This document shows, piece after piece, positions 1-9,496 of a stretch of 38,911 bases of DNA. The DNA lies in contig CAYZLT010000001.1 of the NCBI GenBank assembly GCA_964479175.1, positions 25,428 to 64,338 on the forward strand. Reading direction: 5' to 3'. Position numbers and translations under genes: made by a program. This DNA comes from an uncultured Solibacteraceae bacterium. GTDB taxonomy: Bacteria; Acidobacteriota; Vicinamibacteria; Vicinamibacterales; SCN-69-37. Position 1 is the first letter of the stretch. Every line of letters begins with the position of its first letter. The notes under the pieces are model-generated. The model searched no databases. It worked only from the letters and a program-made list of their open reading frames with translations, and was not told the DNA's origin.

Positions 1-3000
1 CAGTGGCGCTCGGTGGCGAACGGATACGTCGGCAACGACACCCTTCGCGCCTGCGGGAACAGCGCCTGTCCGTCGAGGTTCGCGCCGGCCGTATGCAGCG
101 CCACCACGGCGTCGGCCAGCACTTCTTCCGCAGGCCGCCGTCGATCCAGGCTCGCAATCCAGGCACGCCGACTCCCGGCGGTGCGGCGCGCCAGGCCAAT
201 CAACACAGGCGACGGTCCGATTTCCAGACCCGCCGTGATGCCCAGCGCCTCCAGGGCGCGAACCCCATGCTCGAAACGCACCGTCTGCCGTGCATGATCG
301 CGCCAGTAGTCGGGCGTCGGGGCCGCCGCCATCGCCGCGCCCGTGAGATTCGAGATCCACGGCAGACGCGGCGCGTGGTGACGAACGCTCGCGGCGGCTT
401 CAACCAAGCCCGGCAACGCCGGCTCGATCAACGCGCTGTGGAACGCGTGGCTTGTCACCAACCTCGTCGCCGTCACATCGTCGGCCTCACACCGCGCCAT
501 GAACGTGTCGATGTCCGCGTGTGGACCCGCCATGACGATTTGCGTGGCGGCGTTCAGTGCCGCGACTTCCACTTGAAGGTCGGCCGCAAGTGAGGTCGCG
601 CGATCGATATCGGCGGAGACCGCCACCATGCCGCCGGGCTGCCCCAGCGTGTCCATCAGGCGACCGCGCGTCGCGATCAGGTCCAGCCCGTCTTCGAGGC
701 TGAACACGCCCGCGACCCACGCGGCCGCGAACTCACCCACGCTATGTCCGATCACGGCCGCCGGCTCGACGCCGCGAGACTGCCACAGCGCTGAGAGTGC
801 GCACTGCACGACGTACAATGCCGGCTGCGTCACGCTGGTGCGCGCGAGCGCGGCATCCCCCTCAGGGCAGGACGTGAGCAGTGCCGACAACATGTCGATC
901 CCGTGGGTGTCCTTGAGCTGGGTGGTCAGGCGGTCGATGACGTCACGACTGACGTCGTGCCGGTACAATTCGCTCGCCATGCCCGAGTACTGCGAGCCCT
1001 GACCGGTGAAGAACCAGGCGACCCGTGCGCCTTCGCGCGAGCCGCTCTCGGTCACCACCGGACGCGCCAGCCACTTCTCAAGCGACTGGACCAGGTCGGC
1101 AGTGGTGCGTCCTGACACACCCATCCGCACGGCAAACCGGTCGCGGCCAGTAGCAGCGGTGAACGCGACGTCGATCACTTCCGTGGACGCCGCGAGACGA
1201 TCGCGAAACCGCTCCACGGTGAGGCGCAAGGCCGCAGGTGTCCGCGCCGACAGCAACAACGGCACCACCTCTCCGGTGGTGTCTGCCGGCGCCGGCACGG
1301 CTGGCGCCGCTTCGAGCACCATGTGCACGTTGGTGCCGCCAAAGCCGAACGCACTCACCGCCGCCATCGGCGTCGTCGCCACGGGCCACGCGGTGACCAC
1401 GCGCGGCACGTCGATGGGCGTGCCGTCCAGGGCGATCTCGGGATTCCACTGCGAGAAGTGCAGATGCGGCACCACCGTGCGTGCCCGCAAGGCCATCGCA
1501 GTCTTGATGAGTGACGCCACGCCGGCGGCCGCCTCGAGGTGGCCGATGTTGGTTTTCACCGATCCGACGTACAGCGGTTGATCCACCGTGCGGCCTTCGC
1601 CGTATACCGCGCGGATGGCGTGCATTTCGATCGGGTCTCCCAGCGGTGTGCCTGTCCCGTGTGCTTCCACGTACTGCACCGCTGTCGGATCCACACCCGC
1701 GCGCGACAGCGCCTGTCGAATCACCCGCTGCTGCGACACCCCATTGGGCGCCGTCAGCCCGTTGGTCCGACCGTCCTGGTTGACGGCTGATGCACGAATG
1801 ACCGCGACGATCGGATCTCCGTCGCGCACGGCATCACTCAGACGTTTGAGCACGACCATGCCGCAGCCTTCGCCGCGCACATACCCGTCCGCGCCGGCAT
1901 CAAACGCCTTGCACTTGCCCTCGGGCGACAACATTCGCGCCTGCGAAAACGCGACCGTCAGGTCCGGCGTCAACATCAGGTTGACGCCACCGGCCACCGC
2001 CACGCCACACTCGCCCTGGCGCACACTCTCGCTCGCCAGATGGACCGCGAGCAGCGAGGACGAACACGCGGTGTCGACCGCGAGCGACGGCCCCTGCAGA
2101 TCGAAGAGGTAAGAAATGCGATTGGCCGCGATGCTCGCAGCATTGCCGGTCCCCGCGTGGTGATCGAGCCACTCCGGCGATCCAAACTGCAAGGTGCGGT
2201 AGTCCGACGTGCTGACGCCGACAAACACACCCGTGTCGGTGCCCGCCAGCGACGACATGGCCATTCCCGCATCCTCAAACGCTTCCCACGTGGTCTCAAG
2301 CAAAATGCGCTGCTGAGGATCCATGCGGTCCGCTTCGTTCGGCGAGATGTCAAAGAAGCCGGCGTCAAACGAATCCACCGCGTCGAGGAACCCGCCACGT
2401 GGTGAATAGTGGCGACCACGCGTGCCGGGTTCGGGATGGTACAGGTCGTCGCGCCACCGGCCCTGCGGCACGGGCGCCACCGCGTCGACACCATCACGCA
2501 GCAGGTTCCAAAACGCCTCGGGTCCTCGGGCGCCAGGGAAGCGGCAGCCGATGCCGACGATCGCGATCGGTTCAGCCGAGGGCACACGCGACGGCGCCGC
2601 AGCGGCCAGCTGCTCGCCGGACAGATGTGCCGCGAGTGCATCAATGGTCGGATAGTCGTAGACAAGCGTCGGCGACACCGAACGCCCAAGCCAGTCCTGC
2701 AACGCACCTGCGAGGCGCGTCGCCGCAAGGGAATCCACGCCGAGATTGGCGAACGGCTTCGACGGATCAATCGCCGCAGCGGAGGTCTGCAACGTCCGCG
2801 CAAGCGCCTGCACGACCCACGCGGTGATACCGGCGCGCGAGTGATTTGAGTGATTTGAGCGATTTGAGCTATCGACCAGCGGCGGGGCCTGGGCAACGAC
2901 GGCTGTCGGTGCCGCATCCACTTTCGAACGCGCGACGACCTTAAATTCATCAGCGAGATACCGTCGTCGCGTCTCGCCGCGCTGGAGTTTCCCGCTCGAG

Positions 3001-4637
3001 GTTTTTGGCAGACTGAGGGCAGGCACGAGCACGATGTCCCACGGGTCGATCTCATGCGCGTCCACAATGGCCGCGCGCATCGCCTGAAGGACGTCATCGG
3101 GCGCCATGGAGCGCGCCTGCGTGCGCGGCACCTCCTGCACGAGCACAAGCCGCTCCTGGTCACCCTCGTCCACGCTGAAACAGGATGCCAGTCCGCGCGC
3201 GAGTGATGGATGTGACGCGGAGGCCGTCGCTTCGATGTCCTGCGGATAGTGATTGCGCCCGCGGATGATGACCAGGTCCTTGATGCGACCCGTGACGAAG
3301 AGTTCCCCCTCGTGCAGGAGACCAAGATCGCCGGTCCGCATGAACGGACCGTCACCCTCGGCCGTCATCGCCTGGAACGTTTCAGCCGTCGCCTCATCCC
3401 GTCGCCAGTACCCGGCGGCGACTGAGGGTCCAGCGACCCAAATCTCGCCAACGCGCCCATCGCGACGTTCCCTGGTCTCGGGATCGACGATGGCGATCTG
3501 CAGCCCATCCACCGGTGTGCCGCACCCGACGAGATATCGCGCCTGCGGACTCGACGGGTCTGCGGCCGGACGCACCTCGTGTTGCTCGAGCGCGTCGGCA
3601 TCGGCCGCGAAGTACACGGGATCACCCGTGACCTCCGACCCGGTGACAATCAGCGTCGATTCAGCCAGGCCGTAACACGGATAAAACTGACGGGGATGGA
3701 AGCCGCACTGCGCGAACGCCTTCGCAAACGCGTCCTGCGTTTCGCGGCGGACGGGCTCGGCGCCGTTGTACGCCGTTTCCCACGCGCGCAAATCCAGCGT
3801 CGCCTTCTGCGCGTCGGTCACACCCAGCAGGCACGCTTCGTACGCAAAGTTCGGCCCGCCGCAGTGGGTGCCGCCGTACCGCGTGATCGCCTCAAGCCAC
3901 GTGGCCGGACGCTGAATAAATGTCGACGGCGCCATCAGATGCGCCGGAAACCCCGTGTACAGCGGCTGCAGAACGCCATCGATCAGGCCCATGTCGTGGA
4001 ACGACGGGAGCCAGCAGACACCAACACTGTGAGGTCCAAGATGAAACGACGTCCGCAGACATTCCGAGTTGTGGACGATGTTGGCGTGGGTGACCATCAC
4101 ACCCTTGGGCGTCGACGTGGATCCGGACGTGTACTGCAGCAGCGCCAGATCGGATCCGACGGGCAACACGCTGCTGCCGGGAATCGCATCGGCCGCCACG
4201 ACATCGATCGTGTCAATCCGGCGGAGCGTCAACGGCAACGTGCTCAGCCACTCATCCACCTTCGCCGAGCCCACATCCCCGACCAGCACCACTTGCGGCT
4301 CCGCGTCGTGCACGATCGCGTCAAGCCTCGCGTGATGGCGACGATTGCGAGGGGGGTAGGCGGGAACAGCAATGACGCCGGCCGCCAGACAGCCCAGAAA
4401 AGCCGAAACAAACTCCAGACCGGGGCCATACAGCAGCAATGCCCGATCCCCGAGACGGGTCGCCTCTCGAAGATGAGCGGCGATCGCATCAACGCGACGC
4501 GCCAATTGGACATAGGTCAGCGTCTCAGTTTGAGCGCCCGCGTCGTTCAGCCAGGAAAACGCCAAGGCGTCGGGCCGCCGCGATGCGTGTTCCCTGAGTC
4601 GGTGAAGGAGCGTTTCTGGCTTTTGATGCACACTCAT
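1..4637 (-). CDS. Hybrid fatty acyl-AMP ligase / type I polyketide synthase (FAAL-ACP-KS-AT...), 3' end beyond the left window edge
   Basis: Not in the ORF track because the frame stays open through position 1. My reverse-complement translation from the ATG at 4637..4635 reads [30 protein letters not shown].... It contains [18 protein letters not shown] and [12 protein letters not shown] (acyl-AMP ligase cores), LGVDSLAA (carrier Ser), DTACSSSL (KS Cys), GHSVGE (AT Ser) and ends ...[11 protein letters not shown] at the edge. All checked motif codons share one phase (highest coordinate = 2 mod 3), so this is a single continuous frame of at least 1545 codons. Confidence 0.92.
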   Translation of the reverse strand, partial: MSVHQKPETLLHRLREHASRRPDALAFSWLNDAGAQTETLTYVQLARRVDAIAAHLREATRLGDRALLLYGPGLEFVSAFLGCLAAGVIAVPAYPPRNRRHHARLDAIVHDAEPQVVLVGDVGSAKVDEWLSTLPLTLRRIDTIDVVAADAIPGSSVLPVGSDLALLQYTSGSTSTPKGVMVTHANIVHNSECLRTSFHLGPHSVGVCWLPSFHDMGLIDGVLQPLYTGFPAHLMAPSTFIQRPATWLEAITRYGGTHCGGPNFAYEACLLGVTDAQKATLDLRAWETAYNGAEPVRRETQDAFAKAFAQCGFHPRQFYPCYGLAESTLIVTGSEVTGDPVYFAADADALEQHEVRPAADPSSPQARYLVGCGTPVDGLQIAIVDPETRERRDGRVGEIWVAGPSVAAGYWRRDEATAETFQAMTAEGDGPFMRTGDLGLLHEGELFVTGRIKDLVIIRGRNHYPQDIEATASASHPSLARGLASCFSVDEGDQERLVLVQEVPRTQARSMAPDDVLQAMRAAIVDAHEIDPWDIVLVPALSLPKTSSGKLQRGETRRRYLADEFKVVARSKVDAAPTAVVAQAPPLVDSSNRSNHSNHSRAGITAWVVQALARTLQTSAAAIDPSKPFANLGVDSLAATRLAGALQDWLGRSVSPTLVYDYPTIDALAAHLSGEQLAAAAPSRVPSAEPIAIVGIGCRFPGARGPEAFWNLLRDGVDAVAPVPQGRWRDDLYHPEPGTRGRHYSPRGGFLDAVDSFDAGFFDISPNEADRMDPQQRILLETTWEAFEDAGMAMSSLAGTDTGVFVGVSTSDYRTLQFGSPEWLDHHAGTGNAASIAANRISYLFDLQGPSLAVDTACSSSLLAVHLASESVRQGECGVAVAGGVNLMLTPDLTVAFSQARMLSPEGKCKAFDAGADGYVRGEGCGMVVLKRLSDAVRDGDPIVAVIRASAVNQDGRTNGLTAPNGVSQQRVIRQALSRAGVDPTAVQYVEAHGTGTPLGDPIEMHAIRAVYGEGRTVDQPLYVGSVKTNIGHLEAAAGVASLIKTAMALRARTVVPHLHFSQWNPEIALDGTPIDVPRVVTAWPVATTPMAAVSAFGFGGTNVHMVLEAAPAVPAPADTTGEVVPLLLSARTPAALRLTVERFRDRLAASTEVIDVAFTAATGRDRFAVRMGVSGRTTADLVQSLEKWLARPVVTESGSREGARVAWFFTGQGSQYSGMASELYRHDVSRDVIDRLTTQLKDTHGIDMLSALLTSCPEGDAALARTSVTQPALYVVQCALSALWQSRGVEPAAVIGHSVGEFAAAWVAGVFSLEDGLDLIATRGRLMDTLGQPGGMVAVSADIDRATSLAADLQVEVAALNAATQIVMAGPHADIDTFMARCEADDVTATRLVTSHAFHSALIEPALPGLVEAAASVRHHAPRLPWISNLTGAAMAAAPTPDYWRDHARQTVRFEHGVRALEALGITAGLEIGPSPVLIGLARRTAGSRRAWIASLDRRRPAEEVLADAVVALHTAGANLDGQALFPQARRVSLPTYPFATERH
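100..1022 (-). other. Acyltransferase domain (Ser codon 741..743), approximate bounds
   Basis: [33 protein letters not shown] motifs. The post-AT YPF linker lies at the window edge. Confidence 0.85.
1311..2573 (-). other. Ketosynthase domain (active-site Cys codon 2064..2066)
   Basis: [14 protein letters not shown] start, [48 protein letters not shown] end. Confidence 0.9.
2600..2825 (-). other. Acyl carrier protein domain (phosphopantetheine Ser codon 2730..2732)
   Basis: [24 protein letters not shown]... is a typical carrier-protein helix II with a DSL serine. Confidence 0.85.
2841..2867. repeat. 9-bp tandem repeat x3 (gYgatttga) inside the FAAL-ACP linker
   Basis: Plus strand reads gtgatttga gtgatttga gcgatttga. 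On the coding strand it encodes [10 protein letters not shown]. It is locally AT-richer than the flanks. Confidence 0.9.
2950..4637 (-). other. FAAL / adenylation-type acyl-AMP ligase domain of the PKS (approximate bounds)
   Basis: [52 protein letters not shown] motifs in the order expected for a fatty acyl-AMP ligase loading domain. Confidence 0.85.
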
Positions 4638-4718
4638 GTTGTATGCCTCACAGACCAGCCGATCCGAGAGCCATCGGGTTGATCTGATTCGGGTGAGACA
4701 TACACGAGCAATTAGATA

Positions 4719-5531
4719 GTGTATTACGCGCCAGTGTTTGATTCATGGATTTCTGTCACAACTCCGCGGCCCGATGGCACGTGGCGTCTCGTCTGTTTCC
4801 CTCACGCAGGCGGGGGCGCGTCGTCGTTTTTTTCGTGGTCACGCGAACTCGCCCACATTCCGGTTGAGGTTGCCACACTCAGGTTACCGGGGCGTGAAGC
4901 ACGTCTGCTCGAGGCTCCCCTTGATGACCTGCCGACCCTCGTGTCGCACATCGATGAGGCGCTTGAGGCCTTTGGCGACGGACGGCCGGTCGTGTGGTTC
5001 GGACACTCGTCAGGTTCGCGGATCGCGTTTGAAGTCGCCCGCCGACGACGCGCGCGTGGCCGATCCTTGCCGGTCCATCTGGTCGTGTCCGGCGCACCAG
5101 CCCCCGATGTGGTGCGGTCGACGCCCACACTGCATCGCATTGCCAGTGATGATGAGTTTTTACATGCCGTAGCGAGCGCGTACGGCGGGGTCCCTGCTGC
5201 GGTCATGGAGCACCAGGAACTGCGGGCACTGGTCGCACCCGCGCTTCGCGCCGACCTCAAGATGCACGAGCGCTACGTGTACACGGTCGAAGAGCCACTG
5301 CCCTTTCCGATCACGGCCTTCGGGGGTTCGGCCGACACGTCGGTGTCAGAAGCCTGGCTTCGCGGGTGGGAGCGGCACACGGCAGGCGAGTTTCGCTGGC
5401 AGATGTTTCCCGGGGATCACTTCTATCTGCATGAACCCGGGATGCGCACCGAGTTGCTTCGGGCGCTGGTGCGACGCGTCGGTACGGTCCAGGGTCCTGC
5501 AGGGTCCAAGGTCCAGGATTCGTCGCACTGA
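4719..5531 (+). CDS. Type II (editing) thioesterase, alpha/beta hydrolase
   Basis: RLVCFPHAGGGASSF, GHSSGS nucleophile elbow and a GDHFYL C-terminal His motif. Divergent from the PKS. The start is ambiguous (GTG 4719 or GTG 4734). The last ~16 aa are encoded by the GGWCC repeat cluster. Confidence 0.8.
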   Translation: MYYAPVFDSWISVTTPRPDGTWRLVCFPHAGGGASSFFSWSRELAHIPVEVATLRLPGREARLLEAPLDDLPTLVSHIDEALEAFGDGRPVVWFGHSSGSRIAFEVARRRRARGRSLPVHLVVSGAPAPDVVRSTPTLHRIASDDEFLHAVASAYGGVPAAVMEHQELRALVAPALRADLKMHERYVYTVEEPLPFPITAFGGSADTSVSEAWLRGWERHTAGEFRWQMFPGDHFYLHEPGMRTELLRALVRRVGTVQGPAGSKVQDSSH

Positions 5532-5572
5532 ACCTTGAACCTTGGACCCTGGACTCTGTCGGACCTTGGACC
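5486..5572. repeat. Cluster of GGWCC-based 12-mers forming inverted repeats between convergent genes
   Basis: ggtccagggtcc (5486..5497) matches the reverse complement ggaccctggac (5544..5554). ggtccaaggtcc (5503..5514) has an exact reverse complement, ggaccttggacc, at 5561..5572. There are eight GGWCC-type pentamers (one degenerate) in 87 bp. Confidence 0.8.
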
Positions 5573-6495
5573 TAAAAGGTGATCTGCAGACCCGCGGTCA
5601 TCAGGACCTGGCTCTTGTTGTTCAGACGCAGCGGCCGGGTGCCCACTCCCGGAATCGGCACCTGGGCGACGGCCAGCGAGAGCACGTTGTCGTACTTGTA
5701 GGTGAAGTCCACACTCGTGCCGAGGTATTTGTTGAGCTTGCCCTTCAGGCTGATGTTGCCCTCAAACACACGGAACGCCGAGTCGTTGAACGCCTGCTGG
5801 AATGACGCGCGCTGCTCGATGCGCACAAACGGGTTCGGCGTGATGATCAGGCGCTGAATCCCACCCCAGCCCATCAACCAGCGGTCATCAAACTCTGCCA
5901 GGCCCTTGCTCTCACGCTGAAGACCGAGGACCGGCACGAGTCCGATCTTCACCTTCGGCTGATCGAGCGCGAGCAGGCCGACACCGGTAAATACCTGGTG
6001 CGAGTAGTCCACGTTCCGCACGTCGTCTTTGTAGAACGCATACCGGGTCAGGAAAAAATACCGCTGACCATCACGCTGCCGGAAGTCGTAGTCGATCGAA
6101 AACTTCGGCAGGTCCATGACGGTGCCGACGGGGTCAACCACGGCGTAGGTGTAGGACGCTTCGATGCTGACCGCGTTCAGGTTGGTCGATCGCAACAAAC
6201 TGAACGTGCCCTGAAATGACTTCTGTTCGCCCTTGAGGCCAAGTGCTTCGCCTGTGAGGCCAGGAATGCCTGGATCGAGCTGACCCTGACGGAAAGGAGA
6301 TGACGTTATCGACCCTCCGAGGGTGATCGACCGCACCCAGAAGGTGTTTCCAGGAGGAACGAAGCCTCCCATTCCTGGGACCGGGGCCGGCGGCGGAGCC
6401 GGCGGCTGTTGCGGAGGGGCAGGCGTTTGTGCCGCGGTTGACGTCGCGATGACACAAAGAAGTAACGAGAGTGTGAGTAGACGAACTGAACGCAT
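5572..6495 (-). CDS. Outer-membrane beta-barrel protein, DUF481-like
   Basis: Signal peptide MRSVRLLTLSLLLCVIATSTAAQ, Pro-rich linker, alternating beta-strand pattern, C-terminal ...GLQITF. Start taken at the internal ATG 6495 rather than the track start 6534. Confidence 0.6.
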   Translation of the reverse strand: MRSVRLLTLSLLLCVIATSTAAQTPAPPQQPPAPPPAPVPGMGGFVPPGNTFWVRSITLGGSITSSPFRQGQLDPGIPGLTGEALGLKGEQKSFQGTFSLLRSTNLNAVSIEASYTYAVVDPVGTVMDLPKFSIDYDFRQRDGQRYFFLTRYAFYKDDVRNVDYSHQVFTGVGLLALDQPKVKIGLVPVLGLQRESKGLAEFDDRWLMGWGGIQRLIITPNPFVRIEQRASFQQAFNDSAFRVFEGNISLKGKLNKYLGTSVDFTYKYDNVLSLAVAQVPIPGVGTRPLRLNNKSQVLMTAGLQITF

Positions 6496-6517
6496 GAGCG
6501 AGAGATTAGCACGGTGG

Positions 6518-6547
6518 TTGCGAGTCTCCATCAACGTCCGCTATACT
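6518..6547 (+). promoter_or_regulatory. Candidate sigma70-type promoter (TTGCGA-N18-TATACT) for the DUF697-like gene
   Basis: TTGCGA at 6518..6523 and TATACT at 6542..6547, about 50 nt upstream of ATG 6597, which is preceded by GGGAGGA. Confidence 0.4.
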
Positions 6548-6596
6548 TCGCCTCGTCAGTTTGCAAATACGCACCGTGTGTGCGGGAGGAATCGAG

Positions 6597-7031
6597 ATGA
6601 GCGACAAGGATCTACAGGCCCAGGAAGTTGTCAAGAAATACGCCACCTACGCGGCGGGTGCGGGTCTGATCCCGATTCCGACCCTCGACATGGCGGCGAT
6701 CGCCGGTGTCGAGCTCAAGATGCTCGCCGACCTTTCCAAGGTCTACGACGTTCCTTTTGAGAACGATCGTGTGCGGCCGATCGTGGCGGCGGTCATCGGC
6801 GGCTATGTGTCGGCGAACCTCGGCGCCGGCGCCGGTGGCAGCCTGCTGAAGGCCGTGCCGATTTTCGGCACCGTGCTCGGCACCCTCGCCGTGCCGGCCT
6901 TCGCGGCGGGTCTCACGTTCGCCATCGGCAAGGTGTTCACGCAGCACTTCGCCTCCGGCGGCACGTTCCTCGACTTCAACCCCGAGAAGGTGCGCGAGTA
7001 CTTCAAGACGCAGAAGACCTCGGTCGCGTAA
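6597..7031 (+). CDS. DUF697-like small membrane-associated protein
   Basis: KKYATYAAGAGLIPIPTLDMAAIAGVELKMLADLSKVYD and LLKAVPIFGTVLGTLAVPAFAAGLTFAIGKVFTQHF match the pattern I recall for DUF697/YcjF-type domains. GGGAGGA lies 6 nt before the ATG. Confidence 0.6.
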   Translation: MSDKDLQAQEVVKKYATYAAGAGLIPIPTLDMAAIAGVELKMLADLSKVYDVPFENDRVRPIVAAVIGGYVSANLGAGAGGSLLKAVPIFGTVLGTLAVPAFAAGLTFAIGKVFTQHFASGGTFLDFNPEKVREYFKTQKTSVA

Positions 7032-7062
7032 CACGCGCCCAGGTTTCGACGTTGCACTTCCG

Positions 7063-7099
7063 CCGGTTCATCCCTTCGGGGATGGACCGGCGTTTTTTT
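7063..7099 (+). terminator. Rho-independent terminator
   Basis: CCGGTTCATCCC - TTCG loop - GGGATGGACCGG (12-bp stem, one G.T pair), followed by a T7 run. Lies 32 nt after the stop at 7031. Confidence 0.8.
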
Positions 7100-7108
7100 A
7101 TGGGCACG

Positions 7109-8323
7109 CTACTCCAGCGTGACGGCGACGTCCCGGCCGGTCACGATCGCCTGATTCGCCAGGATGCCGACGATCGATGCGCGTGCGCCCTCGGCCAGTG
7201 AACAGGCCACCGGTGCTCCGTCGGTGACACTCTTCAGAAAATCCATCAGTGCGTAGTAGAGGGACGGGTGCGGCAATCCCACGCCGGCCTGCAGGTTGCC
7301 CTGCTCGGCCAGTTGCGTGGCATTGGCGATGAGCACGATGCCTTCTTCGCTGAAGATCTGCTGACGAGTGGCGTAGACCTCCCACCCTTGCGTGGGTGCG
7401 TCGGCCTCCTTGAACAGCCACCCGTGTGTCCAATTCAACCGAATCGAACCATTCACACCGTTCACGACCTCCCACTGCCCCCCGTACGAGTTGGCGAGTG
7501 TGGCGCTGTACCGCATCGCCACACCATCTGCCCAAATCAGATCGAGGTCGATCGTGTCGGCTACGGTGCGCCCGTCCTTGTGATGACGCACGCCGCCGCG
7601 TCCGGCCACACGTGTCGGGTACGACCCGCGCCACCAGTGCGCCACATCAAATTGCTGCGCACCCACCTCACCGGCCAGTCCAATCGAGACTGCCGGGTCG
7701 AGACGCCAGTTGGCCTGTTCACCCGAGTCGCCTCCGCTGGCCGGGAATCGCCACGACGTCTTCCGGTGCCACTGCCCGGCCATCGACACCAGGTCGCGCA
7801 GCTCGGTGCGCACGAGAGGTTGCGCGCGTTTGTACGTGGGATTTGATCGTCCCTGAAACCCCGCCTGACAGATCGTTTCTGACGACGTAGCGGCGGCCAC
7901 CATCGCGCGGCAGTCCTCGACGGTTGATGCGATCGGCGCCTCACAGTACACATGACGGCCGTCCGCAAGAGCGTCTTCCACAATCGCGCGATGCAGATGA
8001 GTCGGCGTCGCCACCACAATCGCGGTCACGTCCGGTCGCTGCTCGAGCATGACCGTGTGGTCGGTGAAGGTCGCGGCCGACTGCGCGCGCTGCGTGGCCA
8101 GCGCCAGCCGTGCTTCCGACCGATCACACACGGCCGCGATCTCGACCTGCGGGATCTTCTGAAGTTCCGTGATGATCGCGCGACCATGCCGGCCGGTCCC
8201 CACGACGCCGACTTTGACGATGATGCCTTGCTGGAGAAATGGGAGAAGGTCAGCCGCCGTCGGCAGCAGCGCCACACCACCAAAGGCGCTGAGTGTCTGA
8301 CCGATAAACGCTCGTCGGTCCAT
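7109..8323 (-). CDS. Gfo/Idh/MocA-family oxidoreductase with Tat signal
   Basis: MDRRAFIGQTLSAFGG twin-arginine leader, VGVVGTGRHGR Rossmann motif. Last gene of the OMP / Cache-channel / SBP operon (3-nt gap to the SBP stop). Confidence 0.8.
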   Translation of the reverse strand: MDRRAFIGQTLSAFGGVALLPTAADLLPFLQQGIIVKVGVVGTGRHGRAIITELQKIPQVEIAAVCDRSEARLALATQRAQSAATFTDHTVMLEQRPDVTAIVVATPTHLHRAIVEDALADGRHVYCEAPIASTVEDCRAMVAAATSSETICQAGFQGRSNPTYKRAQPLVRTELRDLVSMAGQWHRKTSWRFPASGGDSGEQANWRLDPAVSIGLAGEVGAQQFDVAHWWRGSYPTRVAGRGGVRHHKDGRTVADTIDLDLIWADGVAMRYSATLANSYGGQWEVVNGVNGSIRLNWTHGWLFKEADAPTQGWEVYATRQQIFSEEGIVLIANATQLAEQGNLQAGVGLPHPSLYYALMDFLKSVTDGAPVACSLAEGARASIVGILANQAIVTGRDVAVTLE

Positions 8324-8326
8324 GGC

Positions 8327-9496
8327 CTACCACTCGAACGGCACGAGCTTCTCCCCTCGGACCATCGTCAACCAGACGTGATGGCTGCCCTGATGTTCCT
8401 CGCGGGAGAAGCGGAAGGGTTGTCCGACCCCGATGTCGATGGTGCCGAGGCGCTCAAAGGCCTCGATGATCCCTTCGCGCGTGACCGTCGCCCCACTGAG
8501 CGCACGACCAAACGTGCGCGCCGCCAGGAAGCCCTCGAGCGATACGGGTCCAGGTTGTGTGCCTGGAAAAAAGCGTGCAAGTGCCGATCGATACGCGGTG
8601 ACCGCCGGAAGGTCGGCCTCGTAGTGCGGCACCACCTGCGTGATGATGACTCCCTCGCTGTCGGGCCCGAGCGCAGCAATCAGCGCCTCCGATCCGACAA
8701 ACGACACGTTCAGATACGTCACATTGGACAACGCTTGTTTTGCCAGCGAAATGAACTTGGCCGACGCGCCGTACGAACCCACCATGATGATTGCTCGCGG
8801 GCGCACTCGCGCCTGCATGATGGTCAGCAATCCGTCGGCCACATCCAAGGTCCCGCGTTCGTAGCGGCCGTGCGCGAGTATCTTCGCTTCCGGATACCCG
8901 AGTGATTCGAGCGCCGCCACCGCGCCCTGATGCCCGGAGTCGCCGTACGCGTCGTTCTGTGTGAAAAACGCGATCTGCTGGGGCTTGATGCCGCGGCGCA
9001 GCAGGCCACGGACCATGACGCCGGTCTCCTCCGCATAACTCGCGCGGAAGTTGATGACATATCGATCGGGAGGATTTTTTCTGAGCACGTCGGCGCCCGA
9101 GAAGGCGCCAAAGAGCAACGTCTTTCGTTCGTTGGCAATTGGCACCGCCACGGTCGCTCCGGCCGTCCCCACACTGCCGATCACCGCCAGCACCTTCTCC
9201 TGGTCGATGAGGCGCATCATGTTGCCGCGCACTGGCTCCGCCTGATACGCATCGTCAAGTGCAACCAGCCGCAGGCGGTACCCGGCGATGCCGCCAGAGG
9301 CATTGGTTGACTGGATGAACGCCTCAATTCCCATGCGCATGCCGCGACCAAGCTGGCCGGACGGGCCACTCAGCGCGGCCGACATGCCCAGGACCACCTC
9401 GCGCTGCACGGTGTTGACCGATGCCGACCGCACCGGGATCCCCACAAGAATCACGGCTCCCGCACACGCCGCCAGAATCGAGTGACGCATCTTCAT
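8327..9496 (-). CDS. Periplasmic binding protein type I (LivK/Peripla_BP_6-like), orphan
   Basis: Signal peptide MKMRHSILAACAGAVILVG, LGMSAALSGPSGQLG, NVSFVGSEAL. Its ATG overlaps the upstream stop by 1 nt (TGATG at 9494..9498). Paralogous to the 12815..14071 product. Confidence 0.85.
   Translation of the reverse strand: MKMRHSILAACAGAVILVGIPVRSASVNTVQREVVLGMSAALSGPSGQLGRGMRMGIEAFIQSTNASGGIAGYRLRLVALDDAYQAEPVRGNMMRLIDQEKVLAVIGSVGTAGATVAVPIANERKTLLFGAFSGADVLRKNPPDRYVINFRASYAEETGVMVRGLLRRGIKPQQIAFFTQNDAYGDSGHQGAVAALESLGYPEAKILAHGRYERGTLDVADGLLTIMQARVRPRAIIMVGSYGASAKFISLAKQALSNVTYLNVSFVGSEALIAALGPDSEGVIITQVVPHYEADLPAVTAYRSALARFFPGTQPGPVSLEGFLAARTFGRALSGATVTREGIIEAFERLGTIDIGVGQPFRFSREEHQGSHHVWLTMVRGEKLVPFEW

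Noticed and set aside
3-4682. Long ORFs in the track across the PKS region (e.g. 3579..4682 + 367 aa, 1976..3355 - 459 aa, 1006..1581 +, 1588..2112 +, 3..593 +).
   Set aside because: Their translations are Arg/Pro/Ser/Ala-rich low-complexity strings with no motifs. They lie antisense to, or out of frame with, a frame carrying consecutive FAAL, ACP, KS and AT signatures. These are typical high-GC shadow ORFs.
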